Assembly (NCBI GenBank): GCA_964016885.1
Contig: OZ024749.1
Coordinates: forward strand, 20,212,001 to 20,276,000
Direction of reading: 5' to 3'
DNA from: Eledone cirrhosa
Taxonomy: Eukaryota
DNA length: 64,000 nucleotides
The position numbers and the translations under genes were made by a program. This document shows positions 7,597-22,500 of the stretch, piece by piece. The notes under the pieces are model-generated. The model did not search any database. It was not told where the DNA came from and saw only the letters and a program-made list of their open reading frames with translations. Positions within the stretch are counted from its first letter, which is position 1. Each line of letters opens with the position of its first letter.

Positions 7597-10500
7597 TGTG
7601 TTTTAACTCCTCAGTTAAGGTGACAGAATGCTGAGGACCAGAGGTGTGTTTTAACTCCTCAGTAAAGGTGACAGACTGCTGAGGAACAGAGGTGTGTTTT
7701 AACTCCTCAGTAAAGGTGACAGACTACTGAGGAACAGAGGTGTGTTTTAACTCCTCAGTAAAGGTGACAGACTACTGAGGACCAGAGGTGTGTTTTAACT
7801 CCTCAGTAAAGGTGACAGACTACTGAGGACCAGAGGTGTGTTTTAACTCCTCAGTAAAGGTGACAGACTACTGAGGACCAGAGGTGTGTTTTAACTCCTC
7901 AGTAAATGTGACAGACTACTGAGGACCAGAGGTGTGTTTTAACTCCTCAGTAAAGGTGACAGACTACTGAGGACCAGAGGTGTGTTTTAACTCCTCAGTA
8001 AAGGTGACAGACTGCTGAGGACCAGAGGTGTGTTTTAACTCCTCAGTAAAGGTGACAGACTGCTGAGGACCAGAGGTGTGTTTTAACTCCTCAGTAAAGG
8101 TGACAAACTACTGAGGACCAGAGGTGTGTTTTAACTCCTCAGTAAAAATGACAGACTACTGAGGACCAGAGGTGTGTTTTAACTCCTCAGTAAAGGTGAC
8201 AGACTGCTGAGGACCAGAGGTGTGTTTTAACTCCTCAGTAAAGGTGACAGACTGCTGAGGACCAGAGGTGTGTTTTAACTCCTCAGTGAAGGTGACAGAC
8301 TGCTGAGGACCAGAGGTGTGTTTTAACTCCTCAGTAAAGGTGACAGACTGCTGAGGACCAGAGGTGTGTTTTAACTCCTCAGTAAAGGTGACAGACTGCT
8401 GAGGACCAGAGGTGTGTTTTAACTCCTCAGTGAAGGTGACGGACTGCTGAGGACCAGAGGTGTGTTTTAACTCCTCAGTAAAGGTGACAGACTGCTGAGG
8501 ACCAGAGGTGTGTTTTAACTCCTCAGTGAAGGTGACAGACTGCTGAGGACCAGAGGTGTGTTTTAACTCCTCAGTAAAGGTGACAGACTGCTGAGGACCA
8601 GAGGTGTGTTTTAACTCCTCAGTAAAGGTGACAGACTGCTGAGGACCAGAGGTGTGTTTTAACTGCTCAGTTAAGGTGACAGACTACTGAGGAACAGAGG
8701 TGTGTTTTAACTGCTCAGTTAAGGTGACAGACTACTGAGGACCAGAGGTGTGTTTTAACTGCTCAGTAAAGGTGACAGACTACTGAGGAACAGAGGTGTG
8801 TTTTAACTGTTCAGTTAAGGTGACAGACTACTGAGGACCAGAGGTGTGTTTTAACTGCTCAGTTAAGGTGACAGACTACTGAGGAACAGAGGTGTGTTTT
8901 AACTGCTCAGTTAAGGTGACAGACTACTGAGGAACAGAGGTGTGTTTTCACTGCTCAGTTAAGGTGACAGACTACTGAGGAACAGAGGTGTGTTTTAACT
9001 GCTCAGTTAAGGTGACAGACTGCTGAGGACCAGAGGTGTGTTTTAACTGCTCAGTTAAGGTGACAGACTACTAAGGAACAGAGGTGTGTTTTAACTGCTC
9101 AGTAAAGGTGACAGACTACTGAGGACCAGAGGTGTGTTTTAACTGTTCAGTTAAGGTGACAGACTACTGAGGACCAGAGGTGTGTTTTAACTGCTCAGTT
9201 AAGGTGACAGACTACTGAGGAACAGAGGTGTGTTTTAACTGCTCAGTAAAGGTGACAGACTACTGAGGACCAGAGGTGTGTTTTAACTCCTCAGTTAAGG
9301 TGACAGATTGCTAAGGAACAGAGGTGTGTTTTAACTGCTCAGTAAAGGTGACAGACTACTGAGGAACAGAGGTGTGTTTTAACGGTTCAGTTAAGGTGAC
9401 AGACTACTGAGGAACAGAGGTGTGTTTTAACTCCTCAGTAAAGGTGACAGACTACTGAGGACCAGAGGTGTGTTTTAACTGCTCAGTAAAGGTGACAGAC
9501 TACTGAGGACCAGAGGTGTGTTTTAACTGCTCAGTAAAGGTGACAGACTACTGAGGCCCAGAGGTGTGTTTTAACTCCTCAGTAAAGGTGACAGACTACT
9601 GAGGACCAGAGGTGTGTTTTAACTGCTCAGTAAAGGTGACAGACTACCGAGGACCAGAGGTGTGTTTTAACTGTTCAGTTAAGGTGACAGACGACTGACG
9701 ACCAGAGGTGTGTTTTAACTGTTCAGTTAAGGTGACAGACTACTGAGGAACAGAGGTGTGTTTTAACTGTTCAGTTAAGGTGACAGACTACTGAGGACCA
9801 GAGGTGTGTTTTAACTGCTCAGTAAAGGTGACAGACTACCGAGGACCAGAGGTGTGTTTTAACTCCTCAGTAAAGGTGACAGACTACTGAGGACCAGAGG
9901 TGTGTTTTAACTCCTCAGTAAAGGTGACAGACTACTGAGGACCAGAGGTGTGTTTTAACTGCTCAGTAAAGGTGACAGACTACTGAGGACCAGAGGTGTG
10001 TTTTAACTCCTCAGTTAAGGTGACAGACTACTGAGGACCAGAGGTGTGTTTTAACTCCTCAGTAAAGGTGACAGACTGCTGAGGACCAGAGGTGTGTTTT
10101 AACTGTTCAGTTAAGGTGACAGACTACTGAGGACCAGAGGTGTATTTTAACTGTTCAGTTAAGGTGACAGACTACTGAGGAACAGAGGTGTGTTTTAACT
10201 GTTCAGTTAAGGTGACAGACTACTGAGGACCAGAGGTGTGTTTTAACTGCTCAGTTAAGGTGACAGACTACTGAGGAACAGAGGTGTGTTTTAACTGCTC
10301 AGTTAAGGTCACAGACTACTGAGGAACAGAGGTGTGTTTTAACTGCTCAGTTAAGGTGACAGACTACTGAGGAACAGAGGTGTGTTTTAACTGCTCAGTT
10401 AAGGTGACAGACTACTGAGGAACAGATGTGTGTTTTAACTGCTCAGTTAAGGTGACAGACAACTGAGGAACAGAGGTGTGTTTTAACTGTTCAGTGAAGG

Positions 10501-13500
10501 TGACAGACTACTGAGGACCAGAGGTGTGTTTTAACTGTTCAGTTAAGGTGACAGACTACTGAGGACCAGAGGTGTGTTTTAACTCCTCAGTGAAGGTGAC
10601 AGACTACTGAGGACCAGATGTGTGTTTTAACTGCTCAGTAAAGGTGACAGACTACTGAGGACCAGAGGTGTGTTTTAACTGCTCAGTTAAGGTGACAGAC
10701 TACTGAGGACCAGAGGTGTGTTTTAACTCCTCAGTAAAGGTGACAGACTGCTGAGGACCAGAGGTGTGTTTTAACTCCTCAGTAAAGATGACAGACTGCT
10801 GAGGACCAGAGGTGTGTTTTAACTCCTCAGTAAAGGTGACAGACTGCTGAGGACCAGAGGTGTGTTTTAACTCCTCAGTTAAGGTGACAGACTACTGAGG
10901 ACCAGAGGTGTGTTTTAACTCCTCAGTAAAGGTGACAGACTGCTGAGGACCAGAGGTGTTTTTTAACTCCTCAGTAAAGGTGACAGACTGCTGAGGACCA
11001 GAGGTGTGTTTTAACGCCTCAGTAAAGGTGACAGACTGCTGAGGACCAGAGGTGTGTTTTAACTCCTCAGTAAAGGTGACAGACTGCTGAGGACCAGAGG
11101 TGTGTTTTAACTCCTCAGTTAAGGTGACAGACTACTGAGGACCAGAGGTGTGTTTTAACTCCTCAGTTAAGGTGACAGACTGCTGAGGACCAGAGGTGTG
11201 TTTTAACTCCTCAGTAAAGGTGACAGACTACTGAGGACCAGAGGTGTGTTTTAACTCCTCAGTAAAGGTGACAGACTACTGAGAACCAGAGGTGTGTTTT
11301 AACTCCTCAGTAAAGGTGACAGATTGCTGAGGACCAGAGGTGTGTTTTAACTGCTCAGTGAAGGTGACAGACTACTGAGGACCAGAGGTGTGTTTTAACT
11401 GCTCAGTTAAGGTGACAGACTACTGAGGAACAGAGGTGTGTTTTAACTGCTCAGTTAAGGTGACAGACTACTGAGGAACAGAGGTGTGTTTTAACTCCTC
11501 AGTAAAGGTGACAGATTGCTGAGGACCACAGGTGTGTTTTAACTGTTCAGTTAAGGTGACAGATTGCTGAGGACCAGAGGTGTGTTTTAACTGTTCAGTT
11601 AAGGTGACAGATTGCTGAGGACCAGAGGTGTGTTTTAACTGTTCAGTTAAGGTGACAGACTGCTGAGGAACAGAGGTGTGTTTTAACTGCTCAGTAAAGG
11701 TGACAGACTACTGTGGAACAGAGGTGTGTTTTAACTCCTCAGTAAAGGTGACAGACTACTGAGGACCAGAGGTGTGTTTTAACTGTTCAGTTAAGGTGAC
11801 AGAATACTGAGGACCAGAGGTGTGTTTTAACTCCTCAGTTAAGGTGACAGACTACTGAGGACCAGAGGTGTGTTTTAACTCCTCAGTTAAGGTGTCAGAC
11901 TACCGAGGAACAGAGGTGTGTTCTAACTCCTCAGTAAAGGTGACAGACAACTGAGTACCAGAGGTGTGTTTTAACTGCTCAGTTAAGGTGACAGACTACT
12001 GAGGACCAGAGGTGTGTTTTAACTCCTCAGTTAAGGTGACAGACTGCCGAGGAACAGAGGTGTGTTTTAACTCCTCAGTTAAGGTGTCAGACTACTGAGG
12101 ACCAGAGGTGTGTTTTAACTGCTCAGTAAAGGTGACAGACTACCGAGGAACAGAGGTGTGTTTTAACTGTTCAGTTAAGGTGACAGACTACTGAGGAACA
12201 GAGGTGTGTTTTAACTGCTCAGTTAAGGTGTCAGACTACCAAGGAACAGAGGTGTGTTTTAACTCCTCAGTAAAGGTGACAGACTACTGAGGACCTGAGG
12301 TGTGTTTTAATTGCTCAGTTAAGGTGACAGACTACTGAGGAACAGAGGTGTGTTTTAACTCCTCAGTTAAGGTGACAGACTACTGAGGACCAGAGGTGTG
12401 TTTTAACTCCTCAGTTAAGGTGTCAGACTACCGAGGAACAGAGGTGTGTTTTAACTCCTCAGTAAAGGTGACAGACAACTGAGTACCAGAGGTGTGTTTT
12501 AACTGCTCAGTTAAGGTGACAGACTACTGAGGACCAGAGGTGTGTTTTAACTCCTCAGTTAAGGTGACAGACTGCCGAGGAACAGAGGTGTGTTTTAACT
12601 CCTCAGTTAAGGTGTCAGACTACTGAGGACCAGAGGTGTGTTTTAACTGCTCAGTAAAGGTGACAGACTACCGAGGAACAGAGGTGTGTTTTAACTGTTC
12701 AGTTAAGGTGTCAGACTACCAAGGAACAGAGGTGTGTTTTAACTCCTCAGTAAAGGTGACAGACTACTGAGGACCTGAGGTGTGTTTTAATTGCTCAGTT
12801 AAGGTGACAGACTACTGAGGAACAGAGGTGTGTTTTAACTGCTCAGTTAAGGTGTCAGACTACCGAGGACCAGAGGTGTGTTTTAACTCCTCAGTAAAGG
12901 TGACAGACTACTGAGGACCAGAGGTGTGTTTTAACTGCTCAGTTAAGGTGACAGACTGCTGAGGACCAGAGGTGTGTTTTAACTCCTCAGTAAAGGTGTC
13001 AGACTACCGAGGAACAGAGGTGTGTTTTAACTCCTCAGTAAAGGTGACAGACTACTGAGGACCAGAGGTGTGTTTTAAATGCTCAGTTAAGGTGACAGAC
13101 TGCTGAGGACCAGAGGTGTGTTTTAACTCCTCAGTAAAGGTGTCAGACTACTGAGGAACAGAGATGTGTTTTAACTGTTCAGTTAAGGTGACAGACTGCT
13201 GAGGACCAGAGGTGTGTTTTAACTGCTCAGTTAAGGTGACAGACTACCGAGGAACAGAGGTGTGTTTTAACTGTTCAGTTAAGGTGACAGACTACTGAGG
13301 ACCAGAGGTGTGTTTTAACTGCTCAGTTAAGGTGACAGATTGCTGAGGACCAGAGGTGTGTTTTAACTCCACAGTTAAGGTGACAGACTGCTGAAGACCA
13401 GAGGTGTGTTTTAACTCCTCAGTAAAGGTGACAGACTGCTGAGGACCAGAGGTGTGTTTTAACTCCTCAGTAAAGGTGACAGACTACTGAGGACCAGAGG

Positions 13501-16500
13501 TGTGTTTTAACTCCTCAGTAAAGGTGACAGACTGCTGAGGACCAGAGGTGTGTTTTAACTGCTCAGTAAAGGTGACAGATTGCTGAGGACCACAGGTGTG
13601 TTTTAACTGCTCAGTGAAGGTGACAGACTACTGAGGACCAGAGGTGTGTTTTAACTGCTCAGTTAAGGTGACAGACTACTGAGGAACAGAGGTGTGTTTT
13701 AACTGCTCAGTTAAGGTGACAGACTACTGAGGAACAGAGGTGTGTTTTAACTCCTCAGTTAAGGTGACAGACTACTGAGGACCAGAGGTGTGTTTTAACT
13801 CCTCAGTTAAGGTGTCAAACTACTGAGGACCAGAGGTGTGTTTTAACTGTTCAGTTAAGGTGACAGACTGCTGAGGAACAGAGGTGTGTTTTAACTGTTC
13901 AGTTAAGGTGACAGATTGCTGAGGACCAGAGGTGTGTTTTAACTGTTCAGTTAAGGTGACAGATTGCTGAGGACCAGAGGTGTGTTTTAACTGTTCAGTT
14001 AAGGTGACAGATTGCTGAGGACCAGAGGTGTGTTTTAACTGTTCAGTTAAGGTGACAGACTACTGAGGACCAGAGGTGTGTTTTAACTCCTCAGTAAAGG
14101 TGACAGACTACTGAGGACCAGAGGTGTGTTTTAACTGTTCAGTTAAGGTGACAGAATACTGAGGACCAGAGGTGTGTTTTAACTCCTCAGTTAAGGTGAC
14201 AGACTACTGAGGACCAGAGGTGTGTTTTAACTCCTCAGTTAAGGTGTCAGACTACCGAGGAACAGAGGTGTGTTTTAACTCCTCAGTAAAGGTGACAGAC
14301 AACTGAGTACCAGAGGTGTGTTTTAACTGCTCAGTTAAGGGGACAGACTACTGAGGACTAGAGGTGTGTTTTAACTCCTCAGTTAAGGTGACAGACTACC
14401 GAGGAACAGAGGTGTGTTTTAACTCCTCAGTTAAGGTGTCAGACTACTGAGGACCAGAGGTGTGTTTTAACTGCTCAGTAAAGGTGACAGACTACCGAGG
14501 AACAGAGGTGTGTTTTAACTGTTCAGTTAAGGTGACAGACTACTGAGGAACAGAGGTGTGTTTTAACTGCTCAGTTAAGGTGTCAGACTACCAAGGAACA
14601 GAGGTGTGTTTTAACTCCTCAGTAAAGGTGACAGACTACTGAGGACCTGAGGTGTGCTTTAATTGCTCAGTTAAGGTGACAGACTGCTGAGGACCAGAGG
14701 TGTGTTTTAACTGCTCAGTTAAGGTGACAGACTACCGAGGAACTGAGGTGTGTTTTAACTGTTCGGTTAAGGTGACAGACTGCTGAGGACCAGAGGTTTT
14801 TTTTAACTGCTCAGTTAAGGTGACAGATTGCTGAGGACCAGAGGTGTGTTTTAACTCCTCAGTTAAGGTGACAGACTGCTGAAGACCAGAGGTGTGTTTT
14901 AACTCCTCAGTAAAGGTGACAGACTGCTGAGGACCAGAGGTGTGTTTTAACTCCTCAGTAAAGGTGACAGACTACTGAGGACCAGAGGTGTGTTTTAACT
15001 CCTCAGTAAAGGTGACAGACTGCTGAGGACCAGAGGTGTGTTTTAACTGCTCAGTAAAGGTGACAGATTGCTGAGGACCAGAGGTGTGTTTTAACTGCTC
15101 AGTTAAGGTGACAGACTACTGAGGAACAGAGGTGTGTTTTAACTGCTCAGTTAAGGTGACAGACTACTGAGGAACAGAGGTGTGTTTTAACTCCTCAGTA
15201 AAGGTGACAGATTGCTGAGGACCACAGGTGTGTTTTAACTGCTCAGTGAAGGTGACAGACTACTGAGGACCAGAGGTGTGTTTTAACTGCTCAGTTAAGG
15301 TGACAGACTACTGAGGAACAGAGGTGTGTTTTAACTGCTCAGTTAAGGTGACAGACTACTGAGGAACAGAGGTGTGTTTTAACTCCTCAGTTAAGGTGAC
15401 AGACTAGTGAGGACCAGAGGTGTGTTTTAACTCCTCAGTTAAGGTGTCAGACTACTGAGGACCAGAGGTGTGTTTTAACTGTTCAGTTAAGGTGACAGAC
15501 TGCTGAGGAACAGAGGTGTGTTTTAACTGTTCAGTTAAGGTGACAGATTGCTGAGGACCAGAGGTGTGTTTTAACTGTTCAGTTAAGGTGACAGATTGCT
15601 GAGGACCAGAGGTGTGTTTTAACTGTTCAGTTAAGGTGACAGATTGCTGAGGACCAGAGGTGTGTTTTAACTGTTCAGTTAAGGTGACAGACTGCTGAGG
15701 AACGGAGGTGTGTTTTAACTGCTCAGTAAAGGTGACAGACTACTGAGGAACAGAGGTGTGTTTTAACTCCTCAGTAAAGGTGACAGACTACTGAAGACCA
15801 GAGGTGTGTTTTAACTGTTCAGTTAAGGTGACAGACTACTGAGGAACAGAGGTGTGTTTTAACTGCTCAGTTAAGTTGTCAGACTACCAAGGAACAGAGG
15901 TGTGTTTTAACTCCTCAGTAAAGGTGACAGACTACTGAGGACCTGAGGTGTGTTTTAATTGCTCAGTTAAGGTGACAGACTGCTGAGGACCAGAGGTGTG
16001 TTTAACTGCTCAGTTAAGGTGACAGACTACCGAGGAACAGAGGTGTGTTTTAACTGTTCAGTTAAGGTGACAGACTGCTGAGGACCAGAGGTTTTTTTTA
16101 ACTGCTCAGTTAAGGTGACAGATTGCTGAGGACCAGAGGTGTGTTTTAACTCCTCAGTTAAGGTGACAGACTGCTGAAGACCAGAGGTGTGTTTTAACTC
16201 CTCAGTAAAGTGACAGACTGCTGAGGACCAGAGGTGTGTTTTAACTCCTCAGTAAAGGTGACAGACTACTGAGGACCAGAGGTGTGTTTTAACTCCTCAG
16301 TAAAGGTGACAGACTGCTGAGGACCAGAGGTGTGTTTTAACTGCTCAGTAAAGGTGACAGATTGCTGAGGACCAGAGGTGTGTTTTAACTGCTCAGTTAA
16401 GGTGACAGACTACTGAGGAACAGAGGTGTGTTTTAACTGCTCAGTTAAGGTGACAGACTACTGAGGAACAGAGGTGTGTTTTAACTCCTCAGTAAAGGTG

Positions 16501-19500
16501 ACAGATTGCTGAGGACCACAGGTGTGTTTTAACTGCTCAGTGAAGGTGACAGACTACTGAGGACCAGAGGTGTGTTTTAACTGCTCAGTTAAGGTGACAG
16601 ACTACTGAGGAACAGAGGTGTTTTTTAACTGCTCAGTTAAGGTGACAGACTACTGAGGAACAGAGGTGTGTTTTAACTCCTCAGTTAAGGTGTCAGACTA
16701 CTGAGGACCAGAGGTGTGTTTTAACTGTTCAGTTAAGGTGACAGACTGCTGAGGACCAGAGGTGTGTTTTAACTGCTCAGTTAAGGTGACAGACTACCGA
16801 GGAACAGAGGTGTGTTTTAACTGTTCAGTTAAGGTGACAGATTGCTGAGGACCAGAGGTGTGTTTTAACTGTTCAGTTAAGGTGACAGATTGCTGAGGAC
16901 CAGAGGTGTGTTTTAACTGTTCAGTTAAGGTGACAGACTGCTGAGGAACAGAGGTGTGTTTTAACTGCTCAGTAAAGGTGACAGACTACTGAGGAACAGA
17001 GGTGTGTTTTAACTCCTCAGTAAAGGTGACAGACTACTGAGGACCAGAGGTGTGTTTTAACTGTTCAGTTAAGGTGACAGAATACTGAGGACCAGAGGTG
17101 TGTTTTAACTCCTCAGTTAAGGTGACAGACTACTGAGGACCAGAGGTGTGTTTTAACTCCTCAGTTAAGGTGTCAGACTACCGAGGAACAGAGGTGTGTT
17201 TTAACTCCTCAGTAAAGGTGACAGACAACTGAGTACCAGAGGTGTGTTTTAACTGCTCAGTTAAGGTGACAGACTACTGAGGACGAGAGGTGTGTTTTAA
17301 CTGTTAAGTTAAGGTGACAGAATACTGAGGACCAGAGGTGTGTTTTAACTCCTCAGTTAAGGTGACAGACTACTGAGGACCAGAGGTGTGTTTTAACTCC
17401 TCAGTTAAGGTGTCAGACTACCGAGGAACAGAGGTGTGTTTTAACTCCTCAGTAAAGGTGACAGACAACTGAGTACCAGAGGTGTGTTTTAACTCCTCAG
17501 TTAAGGTGACAGACTACCGAGGAACAGAGGTGTGTTTTAACTCCTCGGTTCAGGTGTCAGACTACTGAGGACCAGAGGTGTGTTTTAACTGCTCAGTAAA
17601 GGTGACAGACTACCGAGGAACAGAGGTGTGTTTTAACTGTTCAGTTAAGGTGACAGACTACTGAGGAACAGAGGTGTGTTTTAACTGCTCAGTTAAGGTG
17701 TCAGACTACCAAGGAACAGAGGTGTGTTTTAACTCCTCAGTAAAGGTGACAGACTACTGAGGACCTGAGGTGTGTTTTAATTGCTCAGTTAAGGTGACAG
17801 ACTACTGAGGAACAGAGGTGTGTTTTAACTGCTCAGTTAAGGTGTCAGACTACCGAGGACCAGAGGTGTGTTTTAACTCCTCAGTAAAGGTGACAGACTA
17901 CTGAGGACCAGAGGTGTGTTTTAACTGCTCAGTTAAGGTGACAGACTGCTGAGGACCAGAGGTGTGTTTTAACTCCTCAGTAAAGGTGTCAGACTACCGA
18001 GGAACAGAGGTGTGTTTTAACTCCTCAGTAAAGGTGACAGACTACTGAGGACCAGAGGTGTGTTTTAAATGCTCAGTTAAGGTGACAGACTGCTGAGGAC
18101 CAGAGGTGTGTTTTAACTCCTCAGTAAAGGTGTCAGACTACTGAGGAACAGAGATGTGTTTTAACTGTTCAGTTAAGGTGACAGACTGCTGAGGACCAGA
18201 GGTGTGTTTTAACTGCTCAGTTAAGGTGACAGACTACCGAGGAACAGAGGTGTGTTTTAACTGTTCAGTTAAGGTGACAGACTGCTGAGGACCAGAGGTG
18301 TGTTTTAACTGCTCAGTTAAGGTGACAGATTGCTGAGGACCAGAGGTGTGTTTTAACTCCTCAGTTAAGGTGACAGACTGCTGAAGACCAGAGGTGTGTT
18401 TTAACTCCTCAGTAAAGGTGACAGATTGCTGAGGACCAGAGGTGTGTTTTAACTCCTCAGTAAAGGTGACAGACTACTGAGGACCAGAGGTGTGTTTTAA
18501 CTCCTCAGTAAAGGTGACAGACTGCTGAGGACCAGAGGTGTGTTTTAACTGCTCAGTAAAGGTGACAGATTGCTGAGGACCAGAGGTGTGTTTTAACTCC
18601 TCAGTTAAGGTGACAGACTGCTGAGGACCAGAGGTGTGTTTTAACTCCTCAGTAAAGGTGACAGATTGCTGAGGACCAGAGGTGTGTTTTAACTCCTCAG
18701 TAAAGGTGACAGACTGCTGAGGACCAGAGGTGTGTTTTAACTGCTCAGTAAATGTGACAGATTGCTGAGGACCAGAGGTGTGTTTTAACTCCTCAGTAAA
18801 TGTGACAGACTGCTGAGGACCAGAGGTGTCTTTTAACTGTTCAGTTAAGGTGACAGAATGCTGAGGACCAGAGGTGTGTTTTAACTCCTCAGTAAAGGTG
18901 ACAGACTGCTGAGGACCAGAGATGTGTTTTAACTGCTCAGTAAAGGTGACAGACTGCTGAGGACCAGAGGTGTGTTTTAACTCCTCAGTTAAGGTGACAG
19001 ACTACTGAGGACCAGAGGTGTGTTTTAACTCCTCAGTTAAGGTGACAGATTGCTGAGGACCAGAGGTGTGTTTTAACTCCTCAGTTAAGGTGACAGACTA
19101 CTGAGGACCAGAGGTGTGTTTTAACTGCTCAGTAAAGGTGACAGACTGCTGAGGACCAGAGATGTGTTTTAACTGCTCAGTAAAGGTGACAGACTGCTGA
19201 GGACCAGAGATGTGTTTTAACTGCTCAGTAAAGGTGACAGACTGCTGAGGACCAGAGATGTGTTTTAACTGCTCAGTAAAGGTGACAGACTGCTGAGGAC
19301 CAGAGGTGTGTTTTAACTCCTCAGTAAAGGTGACAGACTGCTGAGGACCAGAGATGTGTTTTAACTGCTCAGTAAAGGTGACAGACTGCTGAGGAACAGA
19401 GGTGTGTTTTAACGCCTCAGTTAAGGTGACAGATTGCTGTGGACCAGAGGTGTGTTTTAACTCCTCAGTTAAGGTGACAGATTGCTGAGGACCAGAGGTG

Positions 19501-22500
19501 TGTTTTAACTCCTCAGATAAGGTGACAGACTACTGAGGAACAGAGGTGTGTTTTAACTCCTCAGTAAAGGTGACAGATTGCTGAGGACCACAGGTGTGTT
19601 TTAACTGCTCAGTGAAGGTGACAGACTACTGAGGACCAGAGGTGTGTTTTAACTGCTCAGTTAAGGTGACAGACTACTGAGGAACAGAGGTGTGTTTTAA
19701 CTGCTCAGTTAAGGTGACAGACTACTGAGGAACAGAGGTGTGTTTTAACTCCTCAGTTAAGGTGACAGACTAGTGAGGACCAGAGGTGTGTTTTAACTCC
19801 TCAGTTAAGGTGTCAGACTACTGAGGACCAGAGGTGTGTTTTAACTGTTCAGTTAAGGTGACAGACTGCTGAGGAACAGAGGTGTGTTTTAACTGTTCAG
19901 TTAAGGTGACAGATTGCTGAGGACCAGAGGTGTGTTTTAACTGTTCAGTTAAGGTGACAGATTGCTGAGGACCAGAGGTGTGTTTTAACTGTTCAGTTAA
20001 GGTGACAGATTGCTGAGGACCAGAGGTGTGTTTTAACTGTTCAGTTAAGGTGACAGACTGCTGAGGAACAGAGGTGTGTTTTAACTGCTCAGTAAAGGTG
20101 ACAGACTACTGAGGAACAGAGGTGTGTTTTAACTCCTCAGTAAAGGTGACAGACTACTGAAGACCAGAGGTGTGTTTTAACTGTTCAGTTAAGGTGACAG
20201 ACTACTGAGGAACAGAGGTGTGTTTTAACTGCTCAGTTAAGTTGTCAGACTACCAAGGAACAGAGGTGTGTTTTAACTCCTCAGTAAAGGTGACAGACTA
20301 CTGAGGACCTGAGGTGTGTTTTAATTGCTCAGTTAAGGTGACAGACTGCTGAGGACCAGAGGTGTGTTTAACTGCTCAGTTAAGGTGACAGACTACCGAG
20401 GAACAGAGGTGTGTTTTAACTGTTCAGTTAAGGTGACAGACTGCTGAGGACCAGAGGTTTTTTTTAACTGCTCAGTTAAGGTGACAGATTGCTGAGGACC
20501 AGAGGTGTGTTTTAACTCCTCAGTTAAGGTGACAGACTGCTGAAGAACAGAGGTGTGTTTTAACTCCTCAGTAAAGTGACAGACTGCTGAGGACCAGAGG
20601 TGTGTTTTAACTCCTCAGTAAAGGTGACAGACTACTGAGGACCAGAGGTGTGTTTTAACTCCTCAGTAAAGGTGACAGACTGCTGAGGACCAGAGGTGTG
20701 TTTTAACTGCTCAGTAAAGGTGACAGATTGCTGAGGACCAGAGGTGTGTTTTAACTGCTCAGTTAAGGTGACAGACTACTGAGGAACAGAGGTGTGTTTT
20801 AACTGCTCAGTTAAGGTGACAGACTACTGAGGAACAGAGGTGTGTTTTAACTCCTCAGTAAAGGTGACAGATTGCTGAGGACCACAGGTGTGTTTTAACT
20901 GCTCAGTGAAGGTGACAGACTACTGAGGACCAGAGGTGTGTTTTAACTGCTCAGTTAAGGTGACAGACTACTGAGGAACAGAGGTGTGTTTTAACTGCTC
21001 AGTTAAGGTGACAGACTACTGAGGAACAGAGGTGTGTTTTAACTCCTCAGTTAAGGTGACAGACTACTGAGGACCAGAGGTGTGTTTTAACTCCTCAGTT
21101 AAGGTGTCAGACTACTGAGGACCAGAGGTGTGTTTTAACTGTTCAGTTAAGGTGACAGACTGCTGAGGACCAGAGGTGTGTTTTAACTGCTCAGTTAAGG
21201 TGACAGACTACCGAGGAACAGAGGTGTGTTTTAACTGTTCAGTTAAGGTGACAGATTGCTGAGGACCAGAGGTGTGTTTTAACTGTTCAGTTAAGGTGAC
21301 AGATTGCTGAGGACCAGAGGTGTGTTTTAACTGTTCAGTTAAGGTGACAGACTGCTGAGGAACAGAGGTGTGTTTTAACTGCTCAGTAAAGGTGACAGAC
21401 TACTGAGGAACAGAGGTGTGTTTTAACTCCTCAGTAAAGGTGACAGACTACTGAGGACCAGAGGTGTGTTTTAACTGTTCAGTTAAGGTGACAGAATACT
21501 GAGGACCAGAGGTGTGTTTTAACTCCTCAGTTAAGGTGACAGACTACTGAGGACCAGAGGTGTGTTTTAACTCCTCAGTTAAGGTGTCAGACTACTGAGG
21601 AACAGAGGTGTGTTTTAACTCCTCAGTAAAGGTGACAGACAACTGAGTACCAGAGGTGTGTTTTAACTGCTCAGTTAAGGTGACAGACTACTGAGGACGA
21701 GAGGTGTGTTTTAACTGTTAAGTTAAGGTGACAGAATACTGAGGACCAGAGGTGTGTTTTAACTCCTCAGTTAAGGTGACAGACTACTGAGGACCAGAGG
21801 TGTGTTTTAACTCCTCAGTTAAGGTGTCAGACTACCGAGGAACAGAGGTGTGTTTTAACTCCTCAGTAAAGGTGACAGACAACTGAGTACCAGAGGTGTG
21901 TTTTAACTCCTCAGTTAAGGTGACAGACTACCGAGGAACAGAGGTGTGTTTTAACTCCTCGGTTCAGGTGTCAGACTACTGAGGACCAGAGGTGTGTTTT
22001 AACTGCTCAGTAAAGGTGACAGACTACCGAGGAACAGAGGTGTGTTTTAACTGCTCAGTTAAGGTGACAGACAACTGAGGAACAGAGGTGTGTTTTAACT
22101 GCTCAGTTAAGGTGTCAGACTACCAAGGAACAGAGGTGTGTTTTAACTCCTCAGTAAAGGTGACAGACTACTGAGGACCTGAGGTGTGTTTTAATTGCTC
22201 AGTTAAGGTGACAGACTACTGAGGAACAGAGGTGTGTTTTAACTGCTCAGTTAAGGTGTCAGACTACCGAGGACCAGAGGTGTGTTTTAACTCCTCAGTA
22301 AAGGTGACAGACTACTGAGGACCAGAGGTGTGTTTTAACTGCTCAGTTAAGGTGACAGACTGCTGAGGACCAGAGGTGTGTTTTAACTCCTCAGTAAAGG
22401 TGTCAGACTACCGAGGAACAGAGGTGTGTTTTAACTCCTCAGTAAAGGTGACAGACTACTGAGGACCAGAGGTGTGTTTTAAATGCTCAGTTAAGGTGAC

